Assembly (NCBI GenBank): GCA_036008645.1
Contig: DASYNI010000011.1
Location: forward strand, 59,107 to 123,106
Source: Solirubrobacteraceae bacterium
Lineage (GTDB): Bacteria > Actinomycetota > Thermoleophilia > Solirubrobacterales > Solirubrobacteraceae
Direction: 5' to 3'
DNA: 64,000 bases
Each line of letters opens with the position of its first letter. The stretch's first letter is position 1. Below the pieces are notes generated by a model, which was given only the letters and a program-made list of their open reading frames with translations, had not been told where the DNA came from and ran no database searches. The translations under genes were made by a program, and so were the position numbers. This document shows, piece by piece, positions 63,100 through 64,000 of this stretch.

Positions 63100-64000
63100 A
63101 GCGGGCGCCCGGCTCGGTCTCGGCGCCAGCCAGCACCTCGCCGATCCAGCTCACGCTCACCTCGCCCGCGCCGCCGAGGGCCCGCTCTATCTCGGCGCGC
63201 CGCTCCGGGGCAGCGCAGAAGCAGAGCTCGTAGTCCTCGCCGCCAGTGGCCGCGAGCCGCCAGGGCTCGAGATCCAGCTGCGCTGCCGCCTGCTCCACGC
63301 CGGTGTCCAGCGGCAGTAGTGAGAGGTCTATCTCCAGCGTCAGCCCGCTGGCGCGGCCGATGTGGCCTGCGTCGGTGGCAAGGCCGTCGGAGATGTCGAT
63401 CATCGCCCGTGCGCCTGCGCCGGCCAGCGCAAGCCCCTGCGCAAGGCGCGGTTGCGGCCGGCGGGCGCGCGAGAGCACGTGCGCGGCGAGATCCTGCGGC
63501 AGCGCGATCCGGCCGTCCATCAGCGCGACGCCGGCGCCTGCACCACCGAGCGTGCCTGTCACCCCCACCAAGTCGCCCGCGACGGCACCCGAGCGATACA
63601 CAGCAGACTGCGCTGAGTCGGCCCAGCCGACGACCGTGACGCAGAGGCTGAGTACAGGCGAGCGCACCACGTCGCCGCCGGCCACGCAGACCGCCGCCTC
63701 CGTGGCGATCTCGCACACCCCGTCGATCAGGCTCAGTGCCTGCTCCTGCGTCAGGCCAGGGCTCGCGCCGAGCACCACGTACGCCTCTCCCGCCTGCACG
63801 CCCATCGCGGCCATGTCGGAGAGCGCGCTGGCAAGCGCCTTGAATCCCACGTCAGCATGGCTGAAGCGGCCCTCGCCAAGGCGAAAATGAACGTCCTCCA
63901 CGACCGTGTCCACCGAAGTGAAGCTAACCGGCCGCGCAAGCACGACCGCCGTGTCATCGCCCGGCCCAGTGAGCACGCGCGGCCCGCAGGCCGGCAGCCG
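63047..64000 (-). CDS. thiL: thiamine-monophosphate kinase (5' end beyond window)
   Basis: GPGDDTAVV, AMGV, VAGGDV, DISDGL: an AIR-synthase-like ThiL pattern. The frame stays open to 64000 (..RLPACGPRVLTGPGDD). Confidence 0.85.
   Translation of the reverse strand, partial: RLPACGPRVLTGPGDDTAVVLARPVSFTSVDTVVEDVHFRLGEGRFSHADVGFKALASALSDMAAMGVQAGEAYVVLGASPGLTQEQALSLIDGVCEIATEAAVCVAGGDVVRSPVLSLCVTVVGWADSAQSAVYRSGAVAGDLVGVTGTLGGAGAGVALMDGRIALPQDLAAHVLSRARRPQPRLAQGLALAGAGARAMIDISDGLATDAGHIGRASGLTLEIDLSLLPLDTGVEQAAAQLDLEPWRLAATGGEDYELCFCAAPERRAEIERALGGAGEVSVSWIGEVLAGAETEPGARFRSEAGPVQMSGFEHRW

Overview
This 64-kb window is high-GC chromosomal DNA, roughly 70% GC by eye. Gene content looks Actinomycetota-like (Thermoleophilia/Rubrobacteria-type), but that taxon call is inference only. 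I recognised no rRNA, tRNA, CRISPR array, transposase or integrase.

Gene layout:
- 0.5-10 kb: a cell-wall/division Ser/Thr-phosphosignalling cluster (kinase, fhaA-like, fhaB-like, pstP, pbpA, pknB with PASTA repeats, and a convergent third kinase). There is no rodA.
- 10-30 kb: a large envelope-glycan locus. It holds uppP, DedA, DUF354, a CapD/PglF-like dehydratase, a LytR_C protein, phosphosulfolactate synthase comA, an O-antigen ligase/polymerase, a flippase, three glycosyltransferases, a PglC-like priming transferase and an ATP-grasp enzyme. Two Uma2 endonuclease genes sit inside it.
- 30-38 kb: mixed accessory genes. These are GAF-HD-GYP, an SDR, a haloalkane-dehalogenase-like hydrolase, a tandem TetR-like regulator, an XRE-MNT-HEPN module, folP, and an XRE plus zinc-finger pair.
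- 38-46.7 kb: a compositionally distinct island (lower GC, A-ending Lys/Glu/Gln codons, TTA/CTA/ATA codons). It encodes only secreted proteins: a collagen-like protein, a small 4-Cys secreted protein, an 844-aa PD40/TolB-like repeat protein translationally coupled to a 1146-aa four-module Cys-loop protein, and a lipoprotein.
- 46.7-57.6 kb: the conserved backbone purA / dnaB (+ DnaC/DnaI-like loader) / rplI-rpsR-ssb / rpsF. Three further copies of the small 4-Cys family are inserted into it; one is frameshifted and two carry an extra C-terminal domain.
- 57.6-64 kb: otsA, treT, an M28-like membrane protein, a sortase and thiL.

The most interesting signal is this dispersed secreted-protein system. 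It comes with an apparently shared promoter box, long conserved 5' leaders and conserved rare TTA codons. Everything rests on reading the sequence and the ORF translations; no database search was run.
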